The notes beneath the pieces were generated by a model. The model was not told the origin of the DNA and did not search any database. It was given only the letters and a program-made list of their open reading frames with translations. DNA of 64,000 nt, from positions 32,612,001 through 32,676,000 of the forward strand of contig OX597814.1 of assembly GCA_951406725.2 (NCBI GenBank). The letters are read 5' to 3'. Shown piece after piece: positions 1 through 12,157 of this stretch (position 1 is the first letter of the stretch; every line of letters begins with the position of its first letter). Made by a program: the position numbers and the translations under genes. This DNA is from Octopus vulgaris (lineage: Eukaryota).

Positions 1-654
1 TTATCCAGTTCAGTATTTTGATGGCGATTTGGGGATATTTGGATGTAGTGCTCCCATCCGCCCCCATTCTGTTGTTTGTGTAATTATCAATGCCAAAATC
101 TGGGACAAGTCCTTACAGGATTTTTCAGATGTATATAACTGCATATCTTTTCCACTTTCGTTCTAGGGAGTAGAGTCCTAACTTTTTCAGCCTTCCCCAC
201 TAACTGACATGTCGCATTGAGACAACCTCTTTTTGTATAGCTTCGCTGGATTGCTTCAAGTTCCGTCGTTAGTTTTACACTGTGTTGTGACCATATAATA
301 TGCATGCAGGAAGATGCACCATTACTCATGTCTATACCTAAGTCGCGCACTGTTGACTCAGGGATCGCAGTTCTTCGTGGGCCAGTGTATCCTGTCTGCA
401 TTTCATTCAGCTTTTTTGGGGGGGGCGCAGGGCTTTTGATTTTCCACCATTACACTGTGTGTTATTGTCCTCATCCCGCCTTTATATTGCGTCCAACTCA
501 TGTTGCAGGGAGGCAACATCTCCGTGGTTCTGTATCCTCGGAGGGACTTTTGTATCAACTGCATAGCTAGCAAGGGTGACTATCTGAGCAGCTGACGACA
601 TGTCTGAGAGGGTCACTACGAATCACAGTGACTCCCAAGACTGTGCCCTGTAAA
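1..654 (-). mobile_element. CR1-type LINE ORF2 3' fragment (decayed RT and C-terminal region)
   Basis: Minus strand encodes QGTVLG, SYAVDTKV (YADD motif) and VRDLGIDMS...VKLTTELEAIQR; colinear with the copy at 8697-9845. Confidence 0.85.
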
Positions 655-1817
655 CCCTTATAAAACAGTTGATGTAAATCTACGCACGCAATGTACATGT
701 TTCAAATCAGTCGACGTAATTACACACCGCCTGACTTACAACCTGTCGCCTGAGTTAGTACCAGTTCACACCTGCTAACTGATAGGCCGATTAGATATTT
801 CATGTAAATATTTACAACCCGATAAGCTAATCCTGTCACTCCGGCTCTGTCAACTTTGTTGTAGCGCCGGGTTTCGTCGAATTTATGGTCGTCGCGTCCT
901 ACCACTCCAGCTCCGGCAACTCCGTCGTCGCGTCCTGCTTCATAGAATTTACGGTCGTTACGCCAAGCTATACAAAGCTGCACCACCTCAACAATTGTTG
1001 CATATAATGAATGGATGGATGGAGTCGATCGCTCAAATCAGCTGGCGACGACACAAAAATCGGTGAGAAAATTTGTGAAATGGTACAAAAAATGTCTTGC
1101 ATATAGTTGATGTGTGTCGTGAACTCACATTTGATTTGGCAGATGCTTAGTAATGTGGTGGATGAACTGACATTCAGGACTCAGACATGCCAAAGTACAG
1201 AACACACGAACGTCCCCACACCGGACTCTCTCCTCACTGCATGTTGAAGGGACATGGACATTTTCTACGACTTTTTTCCCCCACCGTCAAGAAGAGATGC
1301 ATAGTATCTCTTATTATAAAAGGCAGATTTTATCTGCCTCCCTTTGGGAGTTATACAAATCTACAATATAGGATTTCTTCAATTACAATTTACCTGGCAT
1401 TTTTAACAGTACAATGCATCGCGTCATGCCAGGTCCAGTTTTTAAAATTTAAACTCCAATTAAGCAAAATTTACAGAAAACTCACATTCTGGTGTGTGTG
1501 TCAAATGCTTTTCTTAGTCTGGTTTACACCACACGCAAACGCACACACACAGTGGGCAACGAATAAAATGAAACTAATTCACTTACTGTAGTGAGTGATT
1601 CTTTCACTCTGCCTCCCACTTCCTCTTTCCACACATACACACGCAAATATATAAATAAAATTGTAAGCTAACGTGCGTGTGTGTGAGTGTGTGTGTGTGT
1701 GTGTGCGCGTGTGTGTGTGTGTGTGTGACGGTGCGTGTGTGTGTGTGTGCGTGTGCGTGAGTGTGTGACAGGAAAGTTTTTTTAGACGAATATAACACCT
1801 ATATCCAAGTAGCAGAA

Positions 1818-2006
1818 AGATAAGACAGTAAGGTGTGATTTGAGGGAGATTTGGCTGCTATTTCTACCATGTCTAGCTGCCATGTAGGGGTCTCCCTCAT
1901 AGGCTCATACATACATATATACATAGATAAGACAGTAAGGTGTGATTTGGGGGAAATTTTGCTGCTATTTCTACCAGGTCTAGCTACCATGTAGAGGTCC
2001 CCCTCA
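1818..2006 (+). repeat. Two direct copies of an ~80-bp repeat unit
   Basis: agataagacagtaaggtgtgatttg...gctgctatttctacca...tagct..catgtag occurs at ~1818-1897 and ~1926-2006. Confidence 0.8.
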
Positions 2007-2225
2007 ATTCTTTTATTCTTCTGCTTTTTCCAGCCATTGCTCTGTGGCCATGCTGGGGCAATGCCTTGAAGAATTGTAGTTTAATGAATCAACTCCAGTT
2101 TTATTTTTGTAAGCATTGTACTTATTCTATCTGTTTCCTTTGTCAAACCACTAGGTGACAGGGATGTAAACAAACCAACATTCGTTGTCAAGCAGTGGTG
2201 GAGGACAATCACAAGCACAGACACG
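2007..2225 (-). mobile_element. SINE family A, 3' half
   Basis: Reverse-complement similarity to 5330-5520 (gtggccatgctggggca, ttattctatc, gttgtcaagc). Confidence 0.75.
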
Positions 2226-2307
2226 CACACACACACACATACATGCATACACATATACACACATACATACATACATACATATATATATATGTGTGTGTAT
2301 ATATATA

Positions 2308-2630
2308 TTGCAGCGTGGAAGGTGTTTGTAAGCCATTTAAGAAACACACAAAAACCGTTACATTCACTTCAACATTTAAATTTAATTTGCCAAAATATTT
2401 TCGTCGCTTTGAGACCGCGACCTGTTCACTGACAAAAATATCGTGCTAACAGGTCGCGGTCTCAAAGCGACGAAAATATTTTGACAAATTTAATTTAAAT
2501 GTTGAAGTGAATCTAACGGTTTTTGTGTGTTTCTTAAATGGCTTATAAACACCTTCAACGCTGCAACTGTTTTCGTTCCAGCACACGATCTCAGATCAAG
2601 TCACTTGCTATGCAAGTACATCTCTGTAAC
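2308..2630. mobile_element. Penelope-like pseudo-LTR foldback (119-bp arms, 21-nt spacer, one arm extended) in a (TA)n tract
   Basis: 2308-2426 is the near-perfect reverse complement of 2448-2566; HHR-like fold at 2386-2436 (-). Confidence 0.7.
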
Positions 2631-2732
2631 TATATATATATATATTTATATATATATATATATGTATATTGGTAAAAACAGTAAGATAACAAAAGAAAGA
2701 AAGAGACCTCAATATTATGTAAATAGAGGAAA

Positions 2733-3127
2733 TCTTTATATATAAAAGTGAGGTTGTGTGTCTGTCTCCTACGATTTAGATTCCTAACTACTCCCACATT
2801 TTGCGGTGCAGTTTAACCAAAACCGGGTATCTTATAGTCGTGATTCATATCGAGACCGTCTGGGTATTAGCGCGCGCGTCTACGATGAGTCTACGATTTA
2901 AAAAAAAATTACCATCAATTTTTCCCATTTTTAATCCATTTTTGACATATATAAGGGAAGTAACTCTCTAAAATTTATTATTAAATCTCAGAACGTAAAA
3001 AGCTACAGTAACACCCTCCCCCTTTGTGGTTAGCCATATTGAGATGGCTATTATACTTTACATCTCTAAAAATGCTTATATAATTATTTCCCTTACAAAC
3101 CCGAGCAACGCCGGGCGATACTGCTAG
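2733..3127 (+). mobile_element. Non-autonomous Helitron (variant copy)
   Basis: 5' TC, 3' CTAG, subterminal hairpin cccgagcaacgccggg, inserted between A and T without target duplication; three sister copies in window. Confidence 0.85.
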
Positions 3128-3603
3128 TGTAAAATAAAAGGGGAACGTAAGGAAATTAGATACCATTGTTCACAATGTGATATGACCTGTTTTGAACCCT
3201 ACTGCCCTGTTTTAAACTCTACCACACTAAAACCAATTTTTTAATTCAGGTGATTGTAAATACATGGAATTGATCTAACTTGTGCTGTCGATTGATCTTA
3301 TTCAGGAATAATACCGCATGAGCGTCCTGCATAGGGATACAGTTTAGGTAAATAAACAGTAAATAAACAGCTGTTGACGTAAAATGCGCCGAACGTTATC
3401 TTGGACTGAGTACTGACCTCAATTGGTGCGATTGCTATTGCCACGCGCAGGTAACCGAATGAATTACTGCCGTAAACTGCTTAAAGCGGTTGATGTAAAT
3501 ATACGCCGAGCGATTGTCGTGCGTTAATTTCTGATTTCAGCCGAGATGATTACTGTCAATGCATCCTAGTTGCTTGATAAAAGAAAAAAATCGTTGTCCT
3601 AGG

Positions 3604-3890
3604 TTAAACATCATTCATTTTCTCTGCTTTCTTAGAGGTGACTCCATTGATTTCTATTGATTGACATTTATCATTTGAAAAGTCAATCGGGTAGCCAATC
3701 TCCAAGTTTTCCGACTAAGTCGAGATCACGTAGATTGTGACATATCATACCATGGTCGACTTCATCAAAGGCTTTTAAAAAGTCGAGATATATCACGTCC
3801 GCATTTGAACTGTCGAGCAGTTGCTTTAACACTTAGTCAGAGTGTTGTAAGAGCTTAGTCAGCTTCTACCTGGTCAAATACTACCAAGGT
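3604..3890 (-). mobile_element. CR1-type LINE RT fragment (upstream continuation of 1-654)
   Basis: Minus strand encodes VLKQLLDSSNADVIYLDFLKAFDEVDHGMICHNLRDL, matching 24430-24560. Confidence 0.85.
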
Positions 3891-5127
3891 AGTTTTTGCC
3901 TTATATATATATATATAAATTTTTTTTGGTACTCGATAAAATATGTATCCACTGAGCACTGCGGTCGATGTAATCAACTTCCCTCCCCTCCGGATTTGAT
4001 GGCCTTCTGCCAAAATTGGAATCCAGTATTTAGGTATATTGCAAAGATCTACTTCATATTCATAGAATGCATTATATTGTAACAAATATCATCCACAGAC
4101 GTAAGGTCAACATTTACTCACTCGCAACCACTTCTAGGCTTTGTCACTGATTCAGTATTTTTCAAATTTGATGACGTTTATACATTTTTAGATTCGTCAC
4201 CTCCTAAGCTACATTTTGAGCTACAGAATTTCAAATTTGGTTCAATAGAAAAAAAAGTTGAGATTTCGAATATATAAGGTCAAAAATTGAAGATCAACGA
4301 CTGAAATTAACTTCATATGCATACATACTTCATACTTTCATAAATAGACACACACACACACACACACGCACGTATGCACACACACATGCTCATACACAAG
4401 TAAATTTTAAAACGCCTACGGAGGGATACAAAGGTAAGTGTGACGTAGCTTTAAGGAGAGAGGGAGTAAGTTGACAACAATTCATGACGAGTGGACTCTT
4501 TTATGTTGTCCATCGTCAATAAACACACAGACACACACACACACATACATACATACAAACGTACATACATACATATATACATACATATATACATACATAC
4601 ATACAAACATACATACATACATACATAAATACATACATACATACATATATATTGCAGAAAAATGTTACTGAACATGAAAGTTTAACCATTTTCCTCTAAT
4701 CAGAAAACAGGATTTAGAAGCTGGCTTTCTCTGCATGATAGTTGTCAATCACAAAATGAAAGCAAAATCATTATAAGAGGAGAAGATTTCATTTAACAAA
4801 ACGAAAGCGAGGCATTACGACGACCAACTTTGTAAGAACTTCTGAAATATCAATAAGTTTTTTGTTTGCTTTTAAACTTTAATTAAATATTACGAGTTGC
4901 AGAATTTAAGATAAATCAACAAGTTTTTTGCTTTCAGACAGTATGATTAGATTTTCAGAGTAGCAGGATTCAGATGTTTTACTTTCAAGCAAATTGACAA
5001 GATCAATAGCTGAATTGCAGGCTTTATTTTTATTTTGCATGAATTTCGACTAATTTTTCCCTAACAAGCGCAGGTGGCTCCTCCTGCCTTACCGTGGATG
5101 GATTGGCTATATTTATATTTTTAAAAA

Positions 5128-5292
5128 GGAGTGGCTGTGTGGTAAGTAGCTTGTTTACCAACCACATGGTTCCGGGTTCAGTCCCACTGCGTGGCACCTT
5201 GGGCAAGTGTCTTCTACTATAGCCTCGGGCCGACCAATGCCTTGTGAGTGGATTTGGTAGACGGAAACTGAAAGAAGCCCGTCGTATATATG

Positions 5293-5323
<31 letters not shown>

Positions 5324-5520
5324 TTGTGTGTCTGTGTTTGTCCCACTAGCATTGCTTGACAACCGATGCTGGTGTGTTTACGTCCCCGTCACTTAGCGGT
5401 TCGACAAAAGAGACTGATAGAATAAGTACTGGGCTTACAAAGAATAAGTGCCGGGGTCGAGTTGCTCGATTAAAGGCGGTGTTCCAGCATGGCCGCAGTC
5501 AAATGACTGAAACAAGTAAA
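5128..5520 (+). mobile_element. SINE family A, full length (tRNA-like head, CORE-like segment, internal microsatellite, CR1-like tail)
   Basis: A/B-box-like tggctgtgtggta and ggttcagtcc; accttgggcaag; about 10 related copies in the window. Confidence 0.9.
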
Positions 5521-6357
5521 AAAAAAAAAATAGCCATGGCTTTACTATTCATATGACCAGATTCTATTCTTACTATATAGTTGATATATTCTCATACATT
5601 TTCTTGTTAGCTCTTCTTACTATATATACATTTAGCTCATTTGTTTCTTGATTTTATAATAAAATCAGCATTACATTCAATTATATAGAAAATTGTTTTC
5701 CACAATGAATTTTCGCACTTTCTTTTTTGTCACGTTCGTATTATGCACTTTGTTTCAAAATAAAAATATTATATACAGTGAAGATATAGGATCTAACATG
5801 TTTAACAATTATAATTACATTTCCCATTATCCTAATAAATTATTAATTTTAAAAGAATAAATATACAGGTAGGTTTCATTTAATTCAATTGTTTAAAACA
5901 AAATAATATTTATTATTTTTATTGTATTGCCTGGAAAAATTGTGGATTACAATGAAAAATGCAGACACGTGCATGTTAATATTCTTAAGTTATTACACCT
6001 GGAAAAGTACAGAACAAGATTTCTACAATAGAATTTGCCTAATTCGTCACATTTAAAGGAAACTAAAAAATACTTAAGATTAAAATTCTCCTGTACTTAT
6101 AATATTGCAGCCGAGAATAACATTTTTAAAATTAAAATACATTATATTAGGTAAATTTGACATAATTTATTATTTTGATTTTGAGAATCTAAAACACAAG
6201 TAAATCTTTAAATGCATGGTACAAAAATAATAAAAAAATACATTTAAACAAAAATATTTAGAAGTCATTCATGTCTATTGAAATATACAATTAAAATAGT
6301 CATTTTATCTATTTGTATCAAGGACAAGCAATGAAATATGAAGTTGTAAATAATATT

Positions 6358-6705
6358 CTTTTCTACTCTAGGCACAAGGACCGAAATATTTGTGGAGGGT
6401 GGGCCAGTCGATTAGATCGACCCCGGTACGCAACTGGTATTTAATTTATCGACCCCCGAAAGTATGAAAGGCAAAGTCGACCTCGGAGGAATTTGAACTC
6501 AGAACATAGCGGCAGACGAAATACCTATTTCTTTACTACCCACAAGGGGCCAAACACAGAGGAGACAAACTAGGACAGACAGACGGACTAAGTTGATTAT
6601 ATCGACCCCAGTGCGTAACTGGTACTTAATTTATCGACCCCGAAAGGATGAAAGGCAAAGTCGACCTCGGCGGAATTTGAACTCAGAATGTAACGGCAGG
6701 CGAAG
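6358..6705 (-). mobile_element. SINE family B, two tandem partial copies
   Basis: aatttatcgacccc..aaag.atgaaaggcaaagtcgacctcgg repeated twice; reverse complement of 39775-40003. Confidence 0.85.
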
Positions 6706-7336
6706 AATGACAGAATACAAAGAACTGTGTGTCTTTCATTTGTCTCTCGCCCCTCCTTAATTCTTCTGTCCCTCTGCCTCTACCTCTCTCTCTTCTCTCC
6801 CCACGTGACCGGTGTTTGGCCAGGCCTGACCTTTCTTTCTTGGTCAGACTACTGTCCATGCATCATCTATATTCCTTCCTGTCCCTGCCGTAAAGCTTTA
6901 CTTCCACACACGCCAGATTAATTTAATTCGCCCTTAGTCGAAAGACACCTGTTGTTATGTCCTTTTATTTGTATTTGGGTAACATTTATGTTGCTTTTTC
7001 TTCTTTTTTTTCTATCCTTGTTTTCGTATACATTTGCCGCTTTCTTGCAAGGAATGTAATGCTCTTAGCTTATTTTTCCTTGGGGCTGGCCAGATTGGAG
7101 CAATCTCGAGTAAAACCAGCCGAAATTGCAAATATAATCTGGAACTTGACTGAGGATAGAAAATTCCGAATAATTGTCCTTGTTTTCCTTGTATTGTCTG
7201 TTTGTATATTTTGTTTTCCTTTTTTTGTTTCAACTAATTGTCTAGATGTTTTGCATTCTTGTCCCATTTTTGTATTTTTTATATATAAAATATAGCGGCG
7301 TACGTACACATTGGTTTTTATAAATATATATATCTA

Positions 7337-7391
<55 letters not shown>

Positions 7392-7394
<3 letters not shown>

Positions 7395-7612
7395 TAGTAA
7401 AAAAAAAAGAAATGTGGAAAAATCACAAGAAAAAAACAACAACGCGATGACATGGTACATGCAAAATATTAACTTACACTTAGGAGAAGATAGAAAAGTA
7501 GTTTTACGTTTCGAGCAAAGCCTTTCTTCAGAAACAGGAGACAGAGGAAAGTCCAAGAGAAACGGAAGACGGAGGGAAAAAGTCGCCAACAATCAACATG
7601 TAGTTACATTGT
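7392..7612 (-). mobile_element. Penelope-like pLTR fragment
   Basis: Homologous to 47862-48055; abuts (TA)n; contains an HHR. Confidence 0.7.
7501..7535 (-). ncRNA. Minimal type I hammerhead ribozyme
   Basis: gttt-CTGAAGA-a-aggc ttt gctc-GAAA-cg-TA-aaac; core intact, stem II weakened. Confidence 0.6.
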
Positions 7613-7987
7613 GAAAAATATACCAGAGTAAGCATATAAACGTGAAATAAGGTGGTAAATAAAAATAGTACTCGAATTCCGGAGGTAGAGTATTATACTT
7701 TATTATTAAAATGTCACAAAAACATCACAAAAAACTGGAGCTCAGATTTTCACGTTCCCGTTCGTCGGGAAGTTGAGATCAAGAATGGTATAAAAATTGT
7801 GATTGTACGTATAATGCATATTTTGATATGATTCAAATTGACAGATACACATATGAATTTGATTGGTTGTTTCTGCTCTCGGTCTTTCAGAAATATGCAA
7901 GTTGAGATAATAAATATACAAATAGAAAAAAAAAAGTAGAATTACATAAGAATCATGTTGTATATAATCGAAGAGAACCTCAGTTGG

Positions 7988-8081
<94 letters not shown>

Positions 8082-8471
8082 TCACTTTATTATTAGATGA
8101 AACCAGTTACTGTTTTATAAATATCTACGAACTTGCTGAACCCATGAGTTCAAAGTTTTTCCAACACACATTTATATTAATTAATTATTCATTTATTTAT
8201 GATACAATATAATATAATATAATATAATATAATATAATATGATATGATATATTTGTAAAACTTCGTAGTACACTTTCAAACGTCAAAATACACAGATTTT
8301 TTTAAAAAATAATAATAATGAACAGCCTTGATTTATTTTCAATCCTCATTGATCGATCCCAGAGAAGCGAGTACCCTGTCGCTTTGCATACATATTAAAT
8401 GTTTTCACAATAGAGAAATAAAGCTATTAATTTACACGCTATAACTTTTTAACACTTATATATATTTATAT

Positions 8472-8692
8472 ATATTCCGTTTTTTGATTTGGTTTGCAAG
8501 ATTCTTTATATGAGTTCGTGCGTTGAAGCATATTCTGTTGTGTCTGGGGAGAGTCATTTTCTTTTTGAAAATTGGAAAACGCAACGAAAAATTTTAGGAC
8601 AATAAAAATAAGAAAAAAGTGGATATTTTACCGATGAGTGTGTTACATAATAAGGCACAAAAAGAAAATTACTCTCTCCAGACACAATAGTA
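8472..8692. mobile_element. Penelope-like pLTR, inverted partial pair
   Basis: tgtgtctggggagagtcattttctttttg pairs with caaaaagaaaattactctctccagacaca; same family as 34427-34755. Confidence 0.65.
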
Positions 8693-8696
8693 TATA

Positions 8697-9845
8697 GTTG
8701 GAAAACTTGGAGTGTGGTTACATGACTTCCTGGAAGATAGAAGTCAGGCAGTAGTGGTTAATGGAGCCACCTCTATGAACACACAAATAGTGAGCGGTGT
8801 TCCACAGGGCACTGTCTTGGGACCACTGCTTTTTATAGTGGCCCTCTCAGATATGCCCTCAAGTGCCCGGATAGCCACTCTGGCAAGCTATGCAGACGAT
8901 ACGAAGGTCTCGCAGAAAATACAGAACCCCAGCGATGTTGCCACCTGCAGCAGGAGTTGGACTCAATCTACAGATGGGCTGAGGATAATAATATGCAGTT
9001 TAATGCTGAAAAATTCCAGGCCCTGCGCTACCAGCATCCAAAACTGAATATTAAACTTACAGGATACACCAGTCCGCAGGGAATTTCAATCCCAGAGCCT
9101 AAGTCTGTGAGGGACCTGGGTATCGATATGAGTGATGATACATCTTTCCAAGTGCACATTACCAGGATGGCGACAAAGTGCAGACGACTGGCTGGCTGGA
9201 TCCTAAGCACATTCAGAACCAGAGATAAGGAAACCATGATGGTCCTCTGGCGGACATTCGTCCCCAGCCACCTGGATTACTGCTCACAGCTATGGTCACC
9301 CACCAGTGTAAAATTAACAGCGGACCTTGAAGCAATCCAGAGAAGATTCACAAAGAAGATCATCTCTTTGCAACTGCTCAGCTACTGGGAAAGGTTGAAA
9401 CAGCTAAGACTCTACTCCCTGGAGAGAAGACGGGAGAGGCATGTAGTAATATATGTCTGGAAGACCCTGGAAGGAAATGTGCCAAATTTTGGCATTGTAA
9501 GCTACACTAATGCTAGAACGGGACTACACTGCATAGTGCCAAAGATCCCAGCAATGCTATCACGCTTTAGGACCGGCTTCTGCAACAGCCTGGGTTTCAA
9601 GGGCCCACAGATTTTTAATATTCTCCCAAAGTAGATGTAACGGATTTTAAATCAAAGCTGGACATCTTCCTGTCGAGAGTCCCAGATGAACCTACCTCGC
9701 GGCAAGAGGTGCAAATGAGAGTAGCTACATCAAACTCCATTCTTCACCAAGTGCCACATATTAGAGGAGGTTCTTCGTAATAACAGTGTAGCACAAAACG
9801 GCGGTGCATCAGCATGGCCGCAGCTCTGAGCTGAAAAAAGACAAA
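8697..9845 (+). mobile_element. 5'-truncated CR1-type LINE (RT C-terminal half plus 3' UTR), frameshifted
   Basis: ORFs 8712-9047 and 8957-9634: SGVPQGTVLGPLLF, YADD, RDLGI, LDYCSQLWSP, YSLERRRER. Confidence 0.95.
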
Positions 9846-9941
9846 AATATATATATATATGTATGTATGTATGTATAAAAACCCTCTTCTGTCATGAATG
9901 ACCATGGAATTGCATCTAGTAAGTTTGCAATTTTTTTTTTA

Positions 9942-10436
9942 CCCACGAGAATTCCGGGCCCCGGTCATGAACTCATTTGCATACAGCCAATCAGAGCTTA
10001 ACTATCAAACTTATTTATGAGCTAGTAACAAGTGATGGGCGATAAGACAAGGTCACTTGTGCAAGGAATGACCATGCCTCTTTTCTCTTTTAATAATTGT
10101 TGTTATTCAGTTCTATATTTAAGAGATTTGAGATATTATATATATCAGTTATATTATTTACATTCGACAGATATTTGTCCTCATCTTGTCTTTTGTGAAA
10201 CGTTGTGTTAACAACAAACAAGATGAGGACAAATATCCGTCGAATGTAAATAATGTAAATAACGTAAATAATTGTTGTTCTTGTTCTTGTTTCAAACCTA
10301 GCTGCCTCTGCGTAGATATCTGTGTTTTTGTTTACGTTGTAAAACAGTAAGAGGAAAGGGTCACTAACGCATCACCCTCTACCGACATTGGCCGTATGCA
10401 AATGAGTTCCTTACTGGGGTCCGGAGCTGTCGTGGG
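9942..10436. mobile_element. MITE / non-autonomous DNA transposon with ~50-bp terminal inverted repeats
   Basis: cccacgagaattccgggccccggtcatgaactcatttgcatacagccaat versus attggccgtatgcaaatgagttccttactggggtccggagctgtcgtggg. Confidence 0.7.
10152..10254. repeat. Short foldback (~37-bp arms), probable PLE pLTR remnant nested in the MITE
   Basis: attatttacattcgacagatatttgtcctcatcttgt pairs with acaagatgaggacaaatatccgtcgaatgtaaataat; spacer contains GAAACGTT. Confidence 0.6.
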
Positions 10437-10672
10437 AAAATCTTTCGCTGCCAGGTCACCGAATTGAAGCCATGATGTTGTGCTCATGTGATGAACACCT
10501 TAATCACTAGACCATTTGCCTTCACACACAAACGCGCTCGCGCAACGCACACGCAGACAGGCACACGTACGCACACACACTCAGACACGCACACGTACGC
10601 ACACACACACACACACGCACGCACACACACATACATATATACACACATATTTATGCTTATATGTGTGTGTGT

Positions 10673-10850
<178 letters not shown>

Positions 10851-11204
10851 AAACACATTCAATCTAGCACTTACATACATATGTGAAACATTGTCAACCC
10901 ATTTTCTCGGCACCTGACAAACCTTCCCTCAATAACTAATAAGCCGTCCTATACAAAATCCCCAGAACTCACTCCACTAGGCATAAATACCTATGTATAT
11001 CAATTCTCATATACATATGAGAATTGATTATGCTCTCTCTCTCTCATACACACACACACACACACACACACACATAAGTTTATATGTATAAATACATGTG
11101 TGAGTATATCTCTCTGTGCGTGTGTCTGTATATGTATGTACGTATGTATGTATGTATGTATGTATGTATGTATGTATGTATGTATGTATGTATGTATGTA
11201 TGTA

Positions 11205-11356
11205 GGTTTTAGTTGCCAATTTTGTCAATTTTGCCAATTTTGTACAAGACATTGTAGATCTTTAGCTGGGCTAAAAAGTCACATTCGATCACAGCCCCAG
11301 TAACAGTTAAGCTTCGTGCAATGGCCATACTTGATAACGAGGGGGGCAGCCATAAT
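11205..11356 (+). mobile_element. RTE-clade LINE extreme 3' end
   Basis: C-terminal C2H2-like peptide FSCQFC...RHCRSLAGLKSHIRS, short 3' UTR, embedded in (TATG)n. Confidence 0.6.
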
Positions 11357-11497
11357 GTATGTATGTATGTATGTATGTATGTATGTATGTATGTATGTAT
11401 GTATGTATGTATGTATGTATGCATGTATGTATGTATGTATGAATAGTCTGCATCGTAATATCGATATCTATCTGTCTACCTATCAATACACATATTA

Positions 11498-11705
11498 AGG
11501 CAGTAAGGTGGCAGAATCGCTAGCAGGTTGGGCAAAATGCCTGGCGGCGTTTTCATCCATTTTACGTTCTTAGTTCAAATGCCGCCTCAGGCAATTTTGT
11601 TTTTCCTCCTTCCGGGTCGATAAAATAAATATTGAGCACTGCAGTCGATTTTCTCGACTTAGCCCTTTCCCCCTAAATTGTTAGCTTGTGCCAAAATTTG
11701 AAACC
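11498..11705 (+). mobile_element. SINE family B, diverged copy
   Basis: tggcagaatcgctagc, gttcaaatgccgcc, gggtcgataaaataa, gtgccaaaatttg. Confidence 0.7.
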
Positions 11706-11719
11706 TGTATATATATACA

Positions 11720-12119
11720 ATTTAAAATAGGATAAAATCTTTATAAGAAATTATCAAGTAGTTAGCGTAAAAAATCTTATATGGGAAAAAATTATTAATT
11801 ATTCCCTTTAAATATATTTATTTATATTAAGGACATTAATATACATAAATGTTTCACGCTAGTAGGGAGTCTTAAAGTCAAAACTACCATGATAAATACA
11901 TTGTACCGAACGCGAGTGTCATGATTATGCATGCACTAACGCTTAAAAAATGCATTTTGTGCACTAATTATGAAATCATGTGATCTGCAGCTGAATCTGT
12001 TTTTAAAAGGCTCACTTCGAGAGTTGCATTCCCTCGCGTTCGGTACAATGTGTTTATTATTGTAGTTTAGACTTTAAGAATCCCTCTTAGCGTGAAGCAT
12101 TTATGTATAGTAATACCCT

Positions 12120-12125
<6 letters not shown>
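11720..12125. mobile_element. Foldback element, ~93-bp imperfect arms (11824-11916 / 12033-12125), probable PLE pLTR pair
   Basis: ...cattgtaccgaacgcgag pairs with ctcgcgttcggtacaatg...; one arm extended; ends in (TA)n. Confidence 0.55.

Positions 12126-12157
<32 letters not shown>

Larger units (their letters stand above)
655..3603. mobile_element. Composite ~2.95-kb insertion splitting one CR1 LINE, with a TTAA-like target duplication (piggyBac-like); contains nested repeats
   Basis: Flanks TAAA (651-654) and TTAA (3604-3607); left end begins CCCTT; removing the insert plus one 4-mer rejoins the LINE codon register at the G-V-P-Q-G position; terminal inverted repeats are weak. Confidence 0.4.

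Noticed and set aside
1307-1620. Possible second Helitron family (TC start followed by TATAAAAG)
   Set aside because: No matching 3' hairpin or CTAG end and no second copy in the window
7141-7188. CTGAGGA...GAAT-aattg-TC hammerhead-like string
   Set aside because: GAAA is mutated and the helices are weak
7748-7768. Minus-strand CCGACGA-acg ggaa cgt-GAAA partial hammerhead
   Set aside because: Core and stem II are present but stems I and III cannot be formed in this copy
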